Virus record (IMG/VR): IMGVR_UViG_3300031715_000003
Span: 1-64,000 of that record
From: a virus
Reading direction: 5' to 3' (one strand)
DNA: 64,000 nucleotides
Numbering within the stretch: position 1 is the first letter of the stretch; each line of letters opens with the position of its first letter. This document shows positions 10,589 to 20,137 of this stretch, piece by piece. Both the position numbers and the translations under genes were made by a program. The notes under the pieces were generated by a model that was not told where the DNA came from, searched no databases, and was given only the letters and a program-made list of their open reading frames with translations.

Positions 10589-11356
10589 CTACTCCTCTGC
10601 GTCTGATCCGCCGATAATTTGCACCAAGTCTTCTGATCCGCCGATTACCTTCGGCTTGGGCATCTTGTCCATGGCTTTTCTGGTTAGCCCTCGCATGATC
10701 TCCTTGGTGCCGGAGGACAGCCCTGTACTAAGCTGGGGGCGATTCGCAGGGACGCCGTAAATATTAGACCATTCGGGTCCGTTGCTGACCGTGTTGATCA
10801 CCACGTAACAGAGGGATCCGTCGACCTCAACATAGGCGCTTCCGCCCTGCCCGATGAAGGCGTAATCCCAGATACACGTCCCGTCAGATTGCCACCCGCA
10901 TACCCAAAATGTCACGTTCGGGCTGGCCAGCGTACTGGTCGAAACTCCGGCCCACGGCGGTTGGGGTTCGCTGCCTACTGTGTACCCCAATACAAAGCTG
11001 GCCCCTACTCTTCCGATGTCGGGCGAGCCCTTAAACGTAATGCGCTGGTTCACCTCGTCGCACGCGGATATGGTCAGCGTCCAATTTGGTATCACCACGG
11101 CCGGATATCCTGGAGGCGGCTGCGGGACCGCGAATTCAAAACCCAACAAAACCGTACCTCCGACGGCGACCTCGAAGTTCTCCAGCAGACCTCCGGCTGC
11201 CAGCGGAGAGATAACCGCAGCCGGATTGACGTTGCTGTCGATCCCCGGCTGAAACGTGATCGGGCCTATCACTGGCTGACCGACCAAATTACTGCACTGT
11301 TGCTGCGCGACGGCGCAACAGGCAGATGCCAAAACGAGCATTACGACGTGTTTCAT
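10589..11356 (-). CDS. Secreted hypothetical protein
   Basis: Signal peptide MKHVVMLVLASACCAVA; AAGGAG SD. Confidence 0.65.
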   Translation of the reverse strand: MKHVVMLVLASACCAVAQQQCSNLVGQPVIGPITFQPGIDSNVNPAAVISPLAAGGLLENFEVAVGGTVLLGFEFAVPQPPPGYPAVVIPNWTLTISACDEVNQRITFKGSPDIGRVGASFVLGYTVGSEPQPPWAGVSTSTLASPNVTFWVCGWQSDGTCIWDYAFIGQGGSAYVEVDGSLCYVVINTVSNGPEWSNIYGVPANRPQLSTGLSSGTKEIMRGLTRKAMDKMPKPKVIGGSEDLVQIIGGSDAEE

Positions 11357-11366
11357 AGTTTCTCCT

Positions 11367-11750
11367 TTACGTTTCTCTGGACTTCTTGCCCATCCGATTG
11401 TGGTACTTCACGGTCTTGCGCCGCTTGATTTCGCGTTTCCACTTCTTCTTCTGCTGCCGCTTGATCATTAGCTGGCCGTCAACGTCCCGCGATCCATCCT
11501 TGCGTGACTCTCTTAGAAAAGAGCACAAAGCACTAGAGGCCATCCATAGAGCGCATAGAACGGCTCCAGCAAGCATTGGCACACATACGTTAAAATCAAT
11601 CCACGTGAAGACATTCGTTCTGCTTTCGTCCTGTGTAATTCCAAAGATGGGATACCACCAGACGTGAGCAGTGGTATGAATTGCAAATAGCGTGAATATG
11701 ATAGCCAGTATCGCCATGAACACAGAGGCCGTGCACGCCGCCTTTCTCAC
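11367..11750 (-). CDS. Two-TM membrane protein with a basic tail
   Basis: GTG start overlaps the upstream stop; two hydrophobic helices. Confidence 0.5.
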   Translation of the reverse strand: MRKAACTASVFMAILAIIFTLFAIHTTAHVWWYPIFGITQDESRTNVFTWIDFNVCVPMLAGAVLCALWMASSALCSFLRESRKDGSRDVDGQLMIKRQQKKKWKREIKRRKTVKYHNRMGKKSRET

Positions 11751-12286
11751 CGTTGCGCTCCGATCACACCTTGCCAGCATGAACTGGCCTGCAGGGGATA
11801 GCTTGCGGCCGGGTCCACCAGCCCAGCCAGGATTGCGGTGGGGTCGGGAGCCCGCCCTTGGATCTGGCTTGCCAGCGCCACAAGGCTTCCGGTGAGGACC
11901 ACGCCAGCCGTCTCCCACTTCGATTTGTTACGCTCCGCGATATTGATTACGCCAGAAGTCGCGGCTCCGGTAGCGGCTCCCGACAGTATGGGAGTTCCCC
12001 ATCCGAACCACTTGCGCCAGTCATCTGCCGCAGCGTGCTGCATCGCGGCCTTTACCGCTGGCGGGATCAGCGTCACGTATCCCGCGGAGAATGCCTGCCG
12101 ATACAGATCTCCCCCCGATTGCGTTGCCGGCGTAGTCCCCGCACACACCGTCACCGACAGGAGTTGCAGATGCTTCATTGGACGCCCGGTCGCCGTCTTG
12201 AGAACGTCGGCAGACTGCGGGGAGAACGTTGCTGGCAGAAGCTGCGCCGACAGTGGGAGCGCGGCGAAAATAAGGAACCATTTCAC
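11747..12286 (-). CDS. Secreted hypothetical protein
   Basis: GTG start (MKWFLIFAALPLSAQ), coupled to the upstream stop. Confidence 0.55.
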   Translation of the reverse strand: MKWFLIFAALPLSAQLLPATFSPQSADVLKTATGRPMKHLQLLSVTVCAGTTPATQSGGDLYRQAFSAGYVTLIPPAVKAAMQHAAADDWRKWFGWGTPILSGAATGAATSGVINIAERNKSKWETAGVVLTGSLVALASQIQGRAPDPTAILAGLVDPAASYPLQASSCWQGVIGAQR

Positions 12287-12948
12287 TTGGAAGGCCCTGC
12301 TCCAATTCGATACGGTGGCGGGATCCCGTGATCCACTTTCGTATACGGAATGTCCCCGCATAGTTTCCACCCGATGGTAGTTTTGCACCATTTCTGAGAA
12401 TCTGAGTGAACAACGAAGTTATCGATGAAACGATCATCCACCCACTCAGGCTCCATGTGCGGCTCTCCAAGCTCCAGATGGTAATCCCAGTGGCCCTGAA
12501 TTTCCTCTCCCCACTTTCCGACTAGCCTCACGGTGGATTGCTGTTCCAGCAAGAAGTGCCGCTTGCAGTAGAAGGTTCGAGCGAAGCTCATGTAGCCGTC
12601 GAAATTGGCTTCCCCTCCCACTGATCTCCATTCCGAGTCCTTCTGCTCTGGTGCGACGGTTTCACAATCGCGATAAACCTGAGAGCTTTCTTGAGGCAGA
12701 CCAAAATTTACGATCTCTCCAAACCACATGTCCCCGTACTCCGCGACGTATTTGAAGCCGTGGATATCGATCTTGCGCTCGAATTGCCCGCGTAATTCGA
12801 TCACGCCTTCGCGGCAGTGGAACCATTTCTCGACAGAATTCTCAACTACCCGTCGAGCCACTATCGTACAGTCGTGGTACTCAGCAGAGTATGAACCAGA
12901 GGTTTGCCCGACCAGCGGAAGCGCGAGGAGTGCGATGAGGAGCTTCAC
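12283..12948 (-). CDS. Secreted hypothetical protein
   Basis: Signal peptide MKLLIALLALPLVG; GTGA overlap. Confidence 0.6.
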   Translation of the reverse strand: MKLLIALLALPLVGQTSGSYSAEYHDCTIVARRVVENSVEKWFHCREGVIELRGQFERKIDIHGFKYVAEYGDMWFGEIVNFGLPQESSQVYRDCETVAPEQKDSEWRSVGGEANFDGYMSFARTFYCKRHFLLEQQSTVRLVGKWGEEIQGHWDYHLELGEPHMEPEWVDDRFIDNFVVHSDSQKWCKTTIGWKLCGDIPYTKVDHGIPPPYRIGAGPSK

Positions 12949-13454
12949 TCTGCTGATTCCTGTGCAGTGGCACGCTTGGTCTTGCCGTTCTTGGGGGAGT
13001 CTGTTTCGGGAAGTTCCATCTGTTCCTCAGCGTTGAACGTGATCTTTAGTTGTGCCTTGGAATCGGATGGCCCCACGGATTTGATCCACTCCCATACGGC
13101 AGGCATCGCTCCATCGTCCACGGTCGTCACGATGAAGGTGAGTTCCCGACGTTTGGTTTTGCCATCCTCCACATGGGCCTTATGTTTGAAGGCGTGGACT
13201 TTGGAGATGGGGATGTCGAAACGGTAGGGCTTCAGATCCTTCCCGTTTGGCTCGCACATCATGCTGATGCCCGCGAGACTCCCATCGAGCGACCCAGATC
13301 CGTCTCCCTCGCGCTCGAACACCCATCCGAAGGCTTCGCAAACGGGTTGCGTCCACGCAGAGGAGAAACTGATTTCCGCAGTTCTTTGGCCTGCGCTGTT
13401 GCAATAGAAGAGGCACTGCTCAATTGCAGCACCCCGAATCAAAATGCTCGACAT
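12945..13454 (-). CDS. Hypothetical protein
   Basis: GGGAGG SD; 169 aa; coupled to the next gene. Confidence 0.6.
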   Translation of the reverse strand: MSSILIRGAAIEQCLFYCNSAGQRTAEISFSSAWTQPVCEAFGWVFEREGDGSGSLDGSLAGISMMCEPNGKDLKPYRFDIPISKVHAFKHKAHVEDGKTKRRELTFIVTTVDDGAMPAVWEWIKSVGPSDSKAQLKITFNAEEQMELPETDSPKNGKTKRATAQESAE

Positions 13455-13570
13455 GAAACCTCCCTACCTTTTAAGTTTGTCTATTTCTCGCAGAACGAAG
13501 ACTATCCCGGTAATAATCAATATCGCCAGCGCAACAAACATGAGTCCGATATCGTCCGTCGTAGCGCACG

Positions 13571-13750
13571 TCATCCCCCATGCTCCTCTCGATGGCACGC
13601 GCCAGCGAATCCTGTGCACAGAACCGCAAGATTGGCGATCCGGTCGTCTCGCCCTTTAGAGCGGTGCTGAATGTGGTGGCCCTCCCCGCATCCCTGGAGG
13701 TCGCGCCCGCACTTTGCGCAGCGTGGGGAATTATATACTACCGTATACAT
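13571..13750 (-). CDS. Minimal HNH endonuclease (59 aa, not in the ORF track)
   Basis: MYTVVYNSPRCAKCGRDLQGCGEGHHIQHRSKGRDDRIANLAVLCTGFAGACHREEHGG* has CxxC, HH, N and C..CH..H. It overlaps the tnpB 3' end. Confidence 0.65.
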   Translation of the reverse strand: MYTVVYNSPRCAKCGRDLQGCGEGHHIQHRSKGRDDRIANLAVLCTGFAGACHREEHGG

Positions 13751-14841
13751 TCTGAAGAACCTTTCAGTCCCGCAAGGCTCTTCCCGAGCCTAAGAACATT
13801 GATCGATGCATTATGATCGCGATCCAAGTTCGTCCCGCATTCGCAAATATGGCGCCGCTCCTTCAGCGTCTTCCGCACATCTGCACCGCAGTTTGAACAG
13901 CGGATCGATGTGCCCCTGGAGTTAACTGGTATGGCCCATCGCCCGGCACTTTCAGCCTTGTACGATATTTGCCAAATCAGTTCTCCCCATGCGGCATCGA
14001 GGATGGATTTGGCAAGTTTGCCGTGCACCATCCTAGCGATGTTCAGTTTTTCAAAAGCGATCAGGTCGTAGTTGGACACCAACCACTTGCTGACATGATG
14101 GATAAAATTGCGTCTGGCGTCGGCCGCACGCTGGTGCGCACGACGTAATGCCTCTTTGGCGCGGACACGGTTGTTTGACCGCTTTTTCTTTAGCGCTAGA
14201 CGCCGATTTGCCGCCGCGATCTTAGCCTCATGCTTGCGCGTCCAGCGCGGATTATCTATCGAGCGTCCATCGGAAAGAGTCACGAAATTGATTAATCCGA
14301 CATCAATACCGACGGCGCTTGACACCACGACCTTTTCTGGTGCGGCCCCGATATCGCAGCACAGGCTGATTTGCCACCGTTCACCGCGGCGCTTAACTGT
14401 GGCCGTGCGCGGTGTGCCGATAATCAACTGGCTCGACTTGAATTTGAACCAGCCCAGATCTGGAATCCTAATTTTGTTGTCAAGTATCCGCACCTTGCCG
14501 AACAGGAATGAATTGTAACGATGTCTCGAACGGAATCGTGGAAACCCCGGATTTTCACCGCGCTTGCAGCGACGGAAGAAATTCTTAAAGGCTCGCTCTA
14601 GCCGACGTAGGGGCTCCCGCTGAATGTCCACTGCAATCCTGGCGAACTGTGAATCTTTGCGTAGTTCCGTAAGTTCGGCCTGTTGGTCGTAAAGTCCGAT
14701 GTGCTTTCGCTCTAGCTTCCATGCTTCCTTGCGTTCCTGGAGTGCTGCATTGTAGGTCTCCGCGCTATCGCGAAGGATGTCCTCGAAAGCAGCAAGTTGA
14801 GCTTGGTTCGGTCGGAGGCGAAGTGTGTACGTCCGGAACAT
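13738..14841 (-). CDS. tnpB: RNA-guided endonuclease TnpB (IS200/IS605 OrfB family)
   Basis: N-terminus YTLRLRPN, PGFPRFR, RuvC-I GIDVG, RuvC-II IAFEKL, zinc ribbon CSNCG..CECG and RuvC-III DRDHNAS. ATG at 14841. Confidence 0.92.
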   Translation of the reverse strand: MFRTYTLRLRPNQAQLAAFEDILRDSAETYNAALQERKEAWKLERKHIGLYDQQAELTELRKDSQFARIAVDIQREPLRRLERAFKNFFRRCKRGENPGFPRFRSRHRYNSFLFGKVRILDNKIRIPDLGWFKFKSSQLIIGTPRTATVKRRGERWQISLCCDIGAAPEKVVVSSAVGIDVGLINFVTLSDGRSIDNPRWTRKHEAKIAAANRRLALKKKRSNNRVRAKEALRRAHQRAADARRNFIHHVSKWLVSNYDLIAFEKLNIARMVHGKLAKSILDAAWGELIWQISYKAESAGRWAIPVNSRGTSIRCSNCGADVRKTLKERRHICECGTNLDRDHNASINVLRLGKSLAGLKGSSECIR

Positions 14842-14845
14842 GAAA

Positions 14846-15208
14846 CTAATCTCTACGCTCCTGGGTCGATTGGTAGCGGGCATAATGCTCCTCCGCTAAT
14901 TGCTTCATGTTGACCACGTATCGTTTCTCAAATGCTTTTCGTCCGGCGTCGTATTCGCGATGGTAGGCGCGTTCCAGGGGAACGCACGAGGAATCTGGTC
15001 CTTTGCTTCCCATCCCGTTGTTTTGCGTATGAGCGGGATCAATTATCGCTCGCCTCCAAAGCCCACTCCCGGAAACTATCCAAGTATCCCCCTTTATCCC
15101 GGATACGACGCATGGTTGCTCGCAGCACCATTGTCGATAACCGACGTCTCTCATCGGCCCGCGACGAGGTTTCGCGCGCTTCTGCGGAATCCGGCTGCGG
15201 ACCTTCAT
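14846..15208 (-). CDS. DUF968-like putative His-Me finger nuclease
   Basis: YRQW..QPCVVSG, DPAH, GMGSKGPD..VPL...HRE motif pattern. Confidence 0.6.
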   Translation of the reverse strand: MKVRSRIPQKRAKPRRGPMRDVGYRQWCCEQPCVVSGIKGDTWIVSGSGLWRRAIIDPAHTQNNGMGSKGPDSSCVPLERAYHREYDAGRKAFEKRYVVNMKQLAEEHYARYQSTQERRD

Positions 15209-15894
15209 GCGAAAATTCCTTTATCTCTCTTCTGGCGCGCTCGGGATATCGCTTCATGCATGTCGCGTAGTGCTTGGGGGAGTCTGCTTTTGGTGATCGA
15301 CATCATCACGAACGCTTCGTCGGTTTCGCCGTCGTGCGTTATGAGCGCAAAGAGGCCGCCCGGATCAAGTCGAACCTCAATCTCGCAGCCGGTTACCTGG
15401 AAGATTCTGCGTACCAAGCGCTCTGGCGTCATTCTGCACTCCCATCTAGTGGCACGGCAAAGAAGTACGCCACGGTACCATGCATCTGAACGCACACAGC
15501 GTGAGAAAGTTTCCGCGCTGTACTGATCGCCGATGCTGTCTCGTGGTCTAAGTTGCAATGACCGATCTGGACTCCTGGAAACTCTTCGGCATAGGCAGAG
15601 CGTCGGCGACTCTCATCCGCTTCTAACTTGAGGAGGCGCTTCCTCATGGCCTGCTGCTCGCGCCGGCTCACTTGCGTTCTCCCCCCTGCTTCGGCTCCCA
15701 CACTGGGCAATTCTCGTAGTCCGGCCAGATGTACCTTCGACTGTACATTGAGGATTCCAGGCTGATAGCAACCACCGGAAGCTTTGGAATCGGCCAGGAG
15801 CACTCTCCATGCTGGCCCTTAATCGGACGCGGCTTGGAATGCTTGGTCATGCTGAACTTTGCCCATCGGCAGGTTGTGCATTTCCCGTGGCCCG

Positions 15895-16077
15895 TCACTT
15901 GCGTTCCCCTTCACGAAAGAGCCACTGCATGATGGCCGCGAGCGTTCTCCCATCCATCATTTCGCCATTCTCGATTCGGCACAGCGTAGAGGCGGCGATG
16001 CCCATATCCTTCGCCACGTCCCGCACCGTCAGTTCCGACCACCCGCGCCACTTCTTGAGAACCTCTCCGAGTTTCAC
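15895..16077 (-). CDS. XRE/Cro-family HTH regulator
   Basis: LTVRDVAKDMGIAASTLCRIENG. Confidence 0.85.
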   Translation of the reverse strand: MKLGEVLKKWRGWSELTVRDVAKDMGIAASTLCRIENGEMMDGRTLAAIMQWLFREGERK

Positions 16078-16086
16078 TAGGACCTC

Positions 16087-16116
16087 AGCGTATCATAGCT
16101 GATACAGCGATGTCAA
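16087..16116 (-). promoter_or_regulatory. Sigma70-like promoter with a palindromic operator upstream of the XRE gene
   Basis: TTGACA-18-TACGCT on the - strand, overlapped by the inverted repeat GTATCA-N4-TGATAC (16090-16105). Confidence 0.55.
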
Positions 16117-16397
16117 CCGCGATTTTCAGTCGCACGCTTCTATCTCGAATAGCCTGGGAGGATGGTTTCGAAACTCTGGCTTGCTTCGAAAACTCCGATG
16201 GCCTCCCATAGCCAGCATCCGGCGGTGCTGGCGCATGTAATCCTCCAAGGTGACTTGGCGCAGCACGCGCACTGGAATCCCGTCTATGTGCAGAACATCT
16301 CCTACTTGCGGTAGCCGGTTCCAGCACTCTAGGATGATCGTGCCGCCAAGAAGACGCGCGTCTTCAATCCATCCCTTGTCGTCGCAGGTTTCTGATC

Positions 16398-17765
16398 TCA
16401 TTCTCCAATGTCCTCCGCGCGATTCTCAAACCTTGTGAATTGTCCCAGGAAGCGCAAGGGGACAACGCCCGTGGGTCCGTTCCGCTGTTTCGCCACGATC
16501 AGGTCTGCCAGCCCCTTCAGATCCTCCCGGTCGCGTTTATACAGTTCCTCGCGGAAGATGAACAGCACGGTGTCGGCGTCGGCTTCTATTTTGCCAGAAT
16601 CTAGCAAATCGCTCAGCATTGGCCGTTTGTCGCCCGGACGCTTTTCGTTCGCCCGGCTCAACTGCGAGAGGAGGATGATGGGGATGCCCAACTCCATCGC
16701 GAGCCACTTTGTCTGGGTCGTTATGCGGCCAACTTCAATGTTACGATTTTCCGATTTCTCTTTAGACGCCAGTAGTTGAAGGTAATCGATCCCCACCAGC
16801 CCGATTTGCTTCCGCATCTTGCGGGCTACCCGTTGAATCTCCGGCACCCCGATGCCGCTCTTGTCGCATATCCACAGCGGAGCATTCGCGAGCCTATCGA
16901 GAGCTTCCTGTAGCCGCCTGCGGTCCTCTTGGTTCAGGTAGCCGCCGCGGAACTTGTGTTGATCAACGCGCGCCGCCGCGCACACCATCCTGGCCAACAG
17001 GCTGGCACCCGACATCTCAAGGGAGAACACCAGCGCTCCAGTGCCGGCCAGCACCACGTTGGCCACAATGTTCATCAAAAGACTAGACTTTCCTTGTGAT
17101 GGCCTGGCGGCCAAAATTATCAACTCTTCGGGCCGGAAGCCTCCTCCCATCATTTCGTCCAGCTTGCGGTACTTCGTCGCCAGCGTTTCCTGCCGCTGGC
17201 TTGGATCCAGGAACGAAGAGATGCCGCCCGGGTACTGCTCTACGATCTCCATGGGGCTGCGGGCGAGGATTTCGTGCGCCGGCCTGATCTCCTGTAGTTC
17301 TGTTTCGGCGGCTCTGGCGATCTCGGACGCTTCCGTGTTCCCTTCGAGGGCTGCGAGGAAGGCTTTCTTTGCCGAGAGCGCTATAGCCCGCAGATTCGCT
17401 TTCTCCAGCACAATGCGGACGTAGCCCGGCAGGTTGGTGATGTCGGGGAGTTCGGCCGTGATGTCGGCCAGGTAGAGCAAGCCCCCTATGGATTCGAGAT
17501 GGCCGCGCCGCACCAATTCTTCCACCACCATGATGCGGTCCGGGGATTCCCCTCGCTCATGCAGCGCCTGCATCGAGGCAAAGATGCGGCGATGCGGTTC
17601 ATTGCTGAAAGCGTGCTCCCCCAGGGACTCGATTTCGTCCCAACGTGAGCCGTTGAGGAGAACGGTCCCCAGGACTAGCCGTTCTGTTTCAGGACTGGCG
17701 GGGAGCCCGGTTTGGAGCGCGACGGCTCCAGGGTCGAATTGTGGAACAGCGCGGTTGCGTGGCAG
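16398..17765 (-). CDS. dnaB: Replicative DNA helicase DnaB
   Basis: ILAARPSQGKS (Walker A), FSLEM, IDYLQL, LSQLSR, KQRNGPTG. The conserved N-terminus LPASPETERLVLG lies upstream of the track's ATG, so a CTG start at 17765 is inferred. Confidence 0.92.
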   Translation of the reverse strand: MPRNRAVPQFDPGAVALQTGLPASPETERLVLGTVLLNGSRWDEIESLGEHAFSNEPHRRIFASMQALHERGESPDRIMVVEELVRRGHLESIGGLLYLADITAELPDITNLPGYVRIVLEKANLRAIALSAKKAFLAALEGNTEASEIARAAETELQEIRPAHEILARSPMEIVEQYPGGISSFLDPSQRQETLATKYRKLDEMMGGGFRPEELIILAARPSQGKSSLLMNIVANVVLAGTGALVFSLEMSGASLLARMVCAAARVDQHKFRGGYLNQEDRRRLQEALDRLANAPLWICDKSGIGVPEIQRVARKMRKQIGLVGIDYLQLLASKEKSENRNIEVGRITTQTKWLAMELGIPIILLSQLSRANEKRPGDKRPMLSDLLDSGKIEADADTVLFIFREELYKRDREDLKGLADLIVAKQRNGPTGVVPLRFLGQFTRFENRAEDIGE

Positions 17766-17772
17766 GTGCCTC

Positions 17773-19293
17773 CTATGCGGGGAACTCGCGGACGCGGAGA
17801 TTGCTCGGAAAATCTTCTATGTGGCCGCCCTTGCTGTCACTCATGATCCACGGATCTTCTCCGTCAAAACAGTTGGAGCCGCCCTGTTTCATGAAAAAGC
17901 TGGTACCTGCGGTGCGGCATTGATCGCGCACGGCCTCGGCCCATTCCCAATGGAAAGGGCGAGCGCCGGGCCCGCTCTCCCCTCCTACGATTACTTGCGA
18001 AATTCCGCGCAGGTCCAATTCGCCGATGTCCTCCAATAGCGGCTCAATCGAAAGGAATCGGATGGCGGCTGGGGTCTCCCGAAGTACATCAATGCGATCC
18101 TTGCGCGCTTGATCCTCCACGGAGCACCCCGCCCAGCAATTTACGAGCGGCCATTCTATCGGCGCGTCCATATTGCCTTGACGTCCCCGTGCGATATTCC
18201 TAACCTGCGTCGCAGAGACTCCAAAATGATGGGCCAGGGCTTCGCCAGTCTCTCCTCGGGAATGCCTGCGCCTGATCTCGGATACGTCACTCTCGGTTAG
18301 TTTCGAATAGCGGCGATGGTTTCCGTGGCGTTTACTGTCCTCCCAGTTATCGCCTTGAGTACCCCAGCGCAAATTGGCGATGTGGTTATTGGTAGCGTTG
18401 CCGTCCCTATGGCAACCCTGCTCCTCGGCGACGGCAGGCCGATCAAATGCAGTTAGAACCAATCGATGAACCAGTTCTCTATACTGAACGCCATCCTTGT
18501 AAAGCATAACCCTCTGATGGCCCTGATCGCCCTCGTCGGGCGACATTCGTACCAACTTACCAGCAAATCGTGGTTCGTGCCCGACGCGCCGGTGATAGCA
18601 AGCGTTTTGCTTACATTGCTTGCTGCAGTATGATTTAGTTGCGATTCCATCGACTGGCTTACCGCAATATAAACATTCGGAACTGCCATGAGAACTAAGC
18701 ACAAATCCAAGGTTCGAAATGAAATATCCAGGATAGGATTCGATTGGCCTAATCTCTTCCGTTACATGCGTCATTTCCTGAGCGACAGATACGACATCCA
18801 TCTGCTTGGCGATTCTAAAAGGCGTGCGGACCTCTGAGCAATATGTCAGCATCCTACCGGGCCGCTTTGTTAGCACTTGAAACGTGTGCTGAGGACATAG
18901 CGCCATAACCGCGAAAATCCGGTCTATCGCTTCATCTGGCAGCGCTTCGTGGAATAGATCCGACATCGAATTGACGAAGATGCGGCAGGGCTTGCACCAG
19001 TGAAGCGGTTCCATGAGCTTGGATTCGATCAGTTCTACTTTGCCTGTCCACTGAGGATGACCGTTGGCGATGCGGACAAAGCCGTTGAACTTTCCAGCCT
19101 TCTGGATCTTCCCAAATAAATCACCATCTCCTGGGGGTTCGTAATCTGGGGCTTGTGAAAAGCGCGCTGCGATGCGTTCTGCATAACAGTGAACGCAGCC
19201 GGGAGAAACTCGGCTACAACCACGGGTCGGGTTCCACGTTTTACCTTCCGACCCATCTTCCCCGCGCGTCCATTCGATGCTAGTCTTTCCCAT
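17773..19293 (-). CDS. Phage Gp37/Gp68 (DUF5131) protein carrying an in-frame HNH endonuclease
   Basis: IEWT..TWNPTRGCSRVSPGCVHCYA, FVNSMSDLFH, LTKRP, RFLSIEPLL, VIVGGESG.GARP, FFMKQ. Confidence 0.88.
   Translation of the reverse strand: MGKTSIEWTRGEDGSEGKTWNPTRGCSRVSPGCVHCYAERIAARFSQAPDYEPPGDGDLFGKIQKAGKFNGFVRIANGHPQWTGKVELIESKLMEPLHWCKPCRIFVNSMSDLFHEALPDEAIDRIFAVMALCPQHTFQVLTKRPGRMLTYCSEVRTPFRIAKQMDVVSVAQEMTHVTEEIRPIESYPGYFISNLGFVLSSHGSSECLYCGKPVDGIATKSYCSKQCKQNACYHRRVGHEPRFAGKLVRMSPDEGDQGHQRVMLYKDGVQYRELVHRLVLTAFDRPAVAEEQGCHRDGNATNNHIANLRWGTQGDNWEDSKRHGNHRRYSKLTESDVSEIRRRHSRGETGEALAHHFGVSATQVRNIARGRQGNMDAPIEWPLVNCWAGCSVEDQARKDRIDVLRETPAAIRFLSIEPLLEDIGELDLRGISQVIVGGESGPGARPFHWEWAEAVRDQCRTAGTSFFMKQGGSNCFDGEDPWIMSDSKGGHIEDFPSNLRVREFPA
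18170..18760 (-). mobile_element. NUMOD4-HNH-HTH homing endonuclease region inserted in frame (approximate bounds)
   Basis: EEIRPIESYPGYFISNLG (NUMOD4), VHRLVLTAF..CHRDGNATNNHIANLRWGT..DN (HNH) and KLTESDV..LAHHFGVS (HTH). Confidence 0.8.
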
Positions 19294-19344
19294 TCGTTCT
19301 CCCCTCGGTTTCGAGCCACGTCACCGCTACCGCCGCAGGCGAGT

Positions 19345-19623
19345 TCATAGCGTCCTCACAAGGGGAGAACGCTTTCGATCATCCCATCTGTGCACCAGTT
19401 TGCGGCAGTTTGGTGGCGCGATAAAGTTCTGCATGGTTTCCATTTCCGCACTCCCCGGCCATGCATTGGATTTCACTTGACACAGCACGAAATCTGTTGA
19501 TCCAACTCCGACGATGTCCCACGCGCCAAGGGATGCCGCAGATTTCGTGCAGGCATATCCAGCGGCTTCCAGTAGCCGCATACTACGATACTCGTTTCTA
19601 CTTCCCTTTTTTTTGGTGTTCAT
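19345..19623 (-). CDS. Hjc-like PD-(D/E)xK Holliday junction resolvase
   Basis: KGSRNE...LEAAGY..KSAASLGAWDIV...CQVK. Confidence 0.7.
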   Translation of the reverse strand: MNTKKKGSRNEYRSMRLLEAAGYACTKSAASLGAWDIVGVGSTDFVLCQVKSNAWPGSAEMETMQNFIAPPNCRKLVHRWDDRKRSPLVRTL

Positions 19624-20137
19624 CAGGGGCCTCACCTCTCAGAGGACATTGGCGACAACGCGTGTCGTCGGTGGGATAATCACGCGGAGGGCAATCGCTG
19701 CATAGTTCTTCCGATTGCGTACTCCCTGGATCTATGGCGATTACGGTCGGCATCGTTTCTGTGCTCCCTCGGTCGGCTTCCTGCGCCGTTGCTCGGTGGC
19801 CTGTGGACTTACACCGGCTTGGCCTTCGCCGTCGCAGAGCAGCGCGCCGTGCTGCGAGCACGTCCCCGTCTGTCCATGAGTGTTCAGAGCCTCTTGATTG
19901 AGGTTGGCCGATTCGGGGAGCACAGAATCTTTGCGCTTGTCCTCGCGCGTCAGTTTTCCAGTTTCGCAATAGACTTGCTTTTCGCGGCCGACATCCCCGT
20001 GGCGCGGACACTTGTCCTGCTTGAGATAGTACCAGCACCTTCCCACTAGCACTCCATCGGCTGTGGCTTCGATGATGGGGCAATTGTTCGAAAAAGCTGG
20101 GAGAACGGTTTTGGTTGTCATACGCAATCCTCGAACT

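Noticed and set aside
13738-14841. Cas12f/Cas14 effector
   Set aside because: No adjacent CRISPR array; size and motifs fit TnpB.
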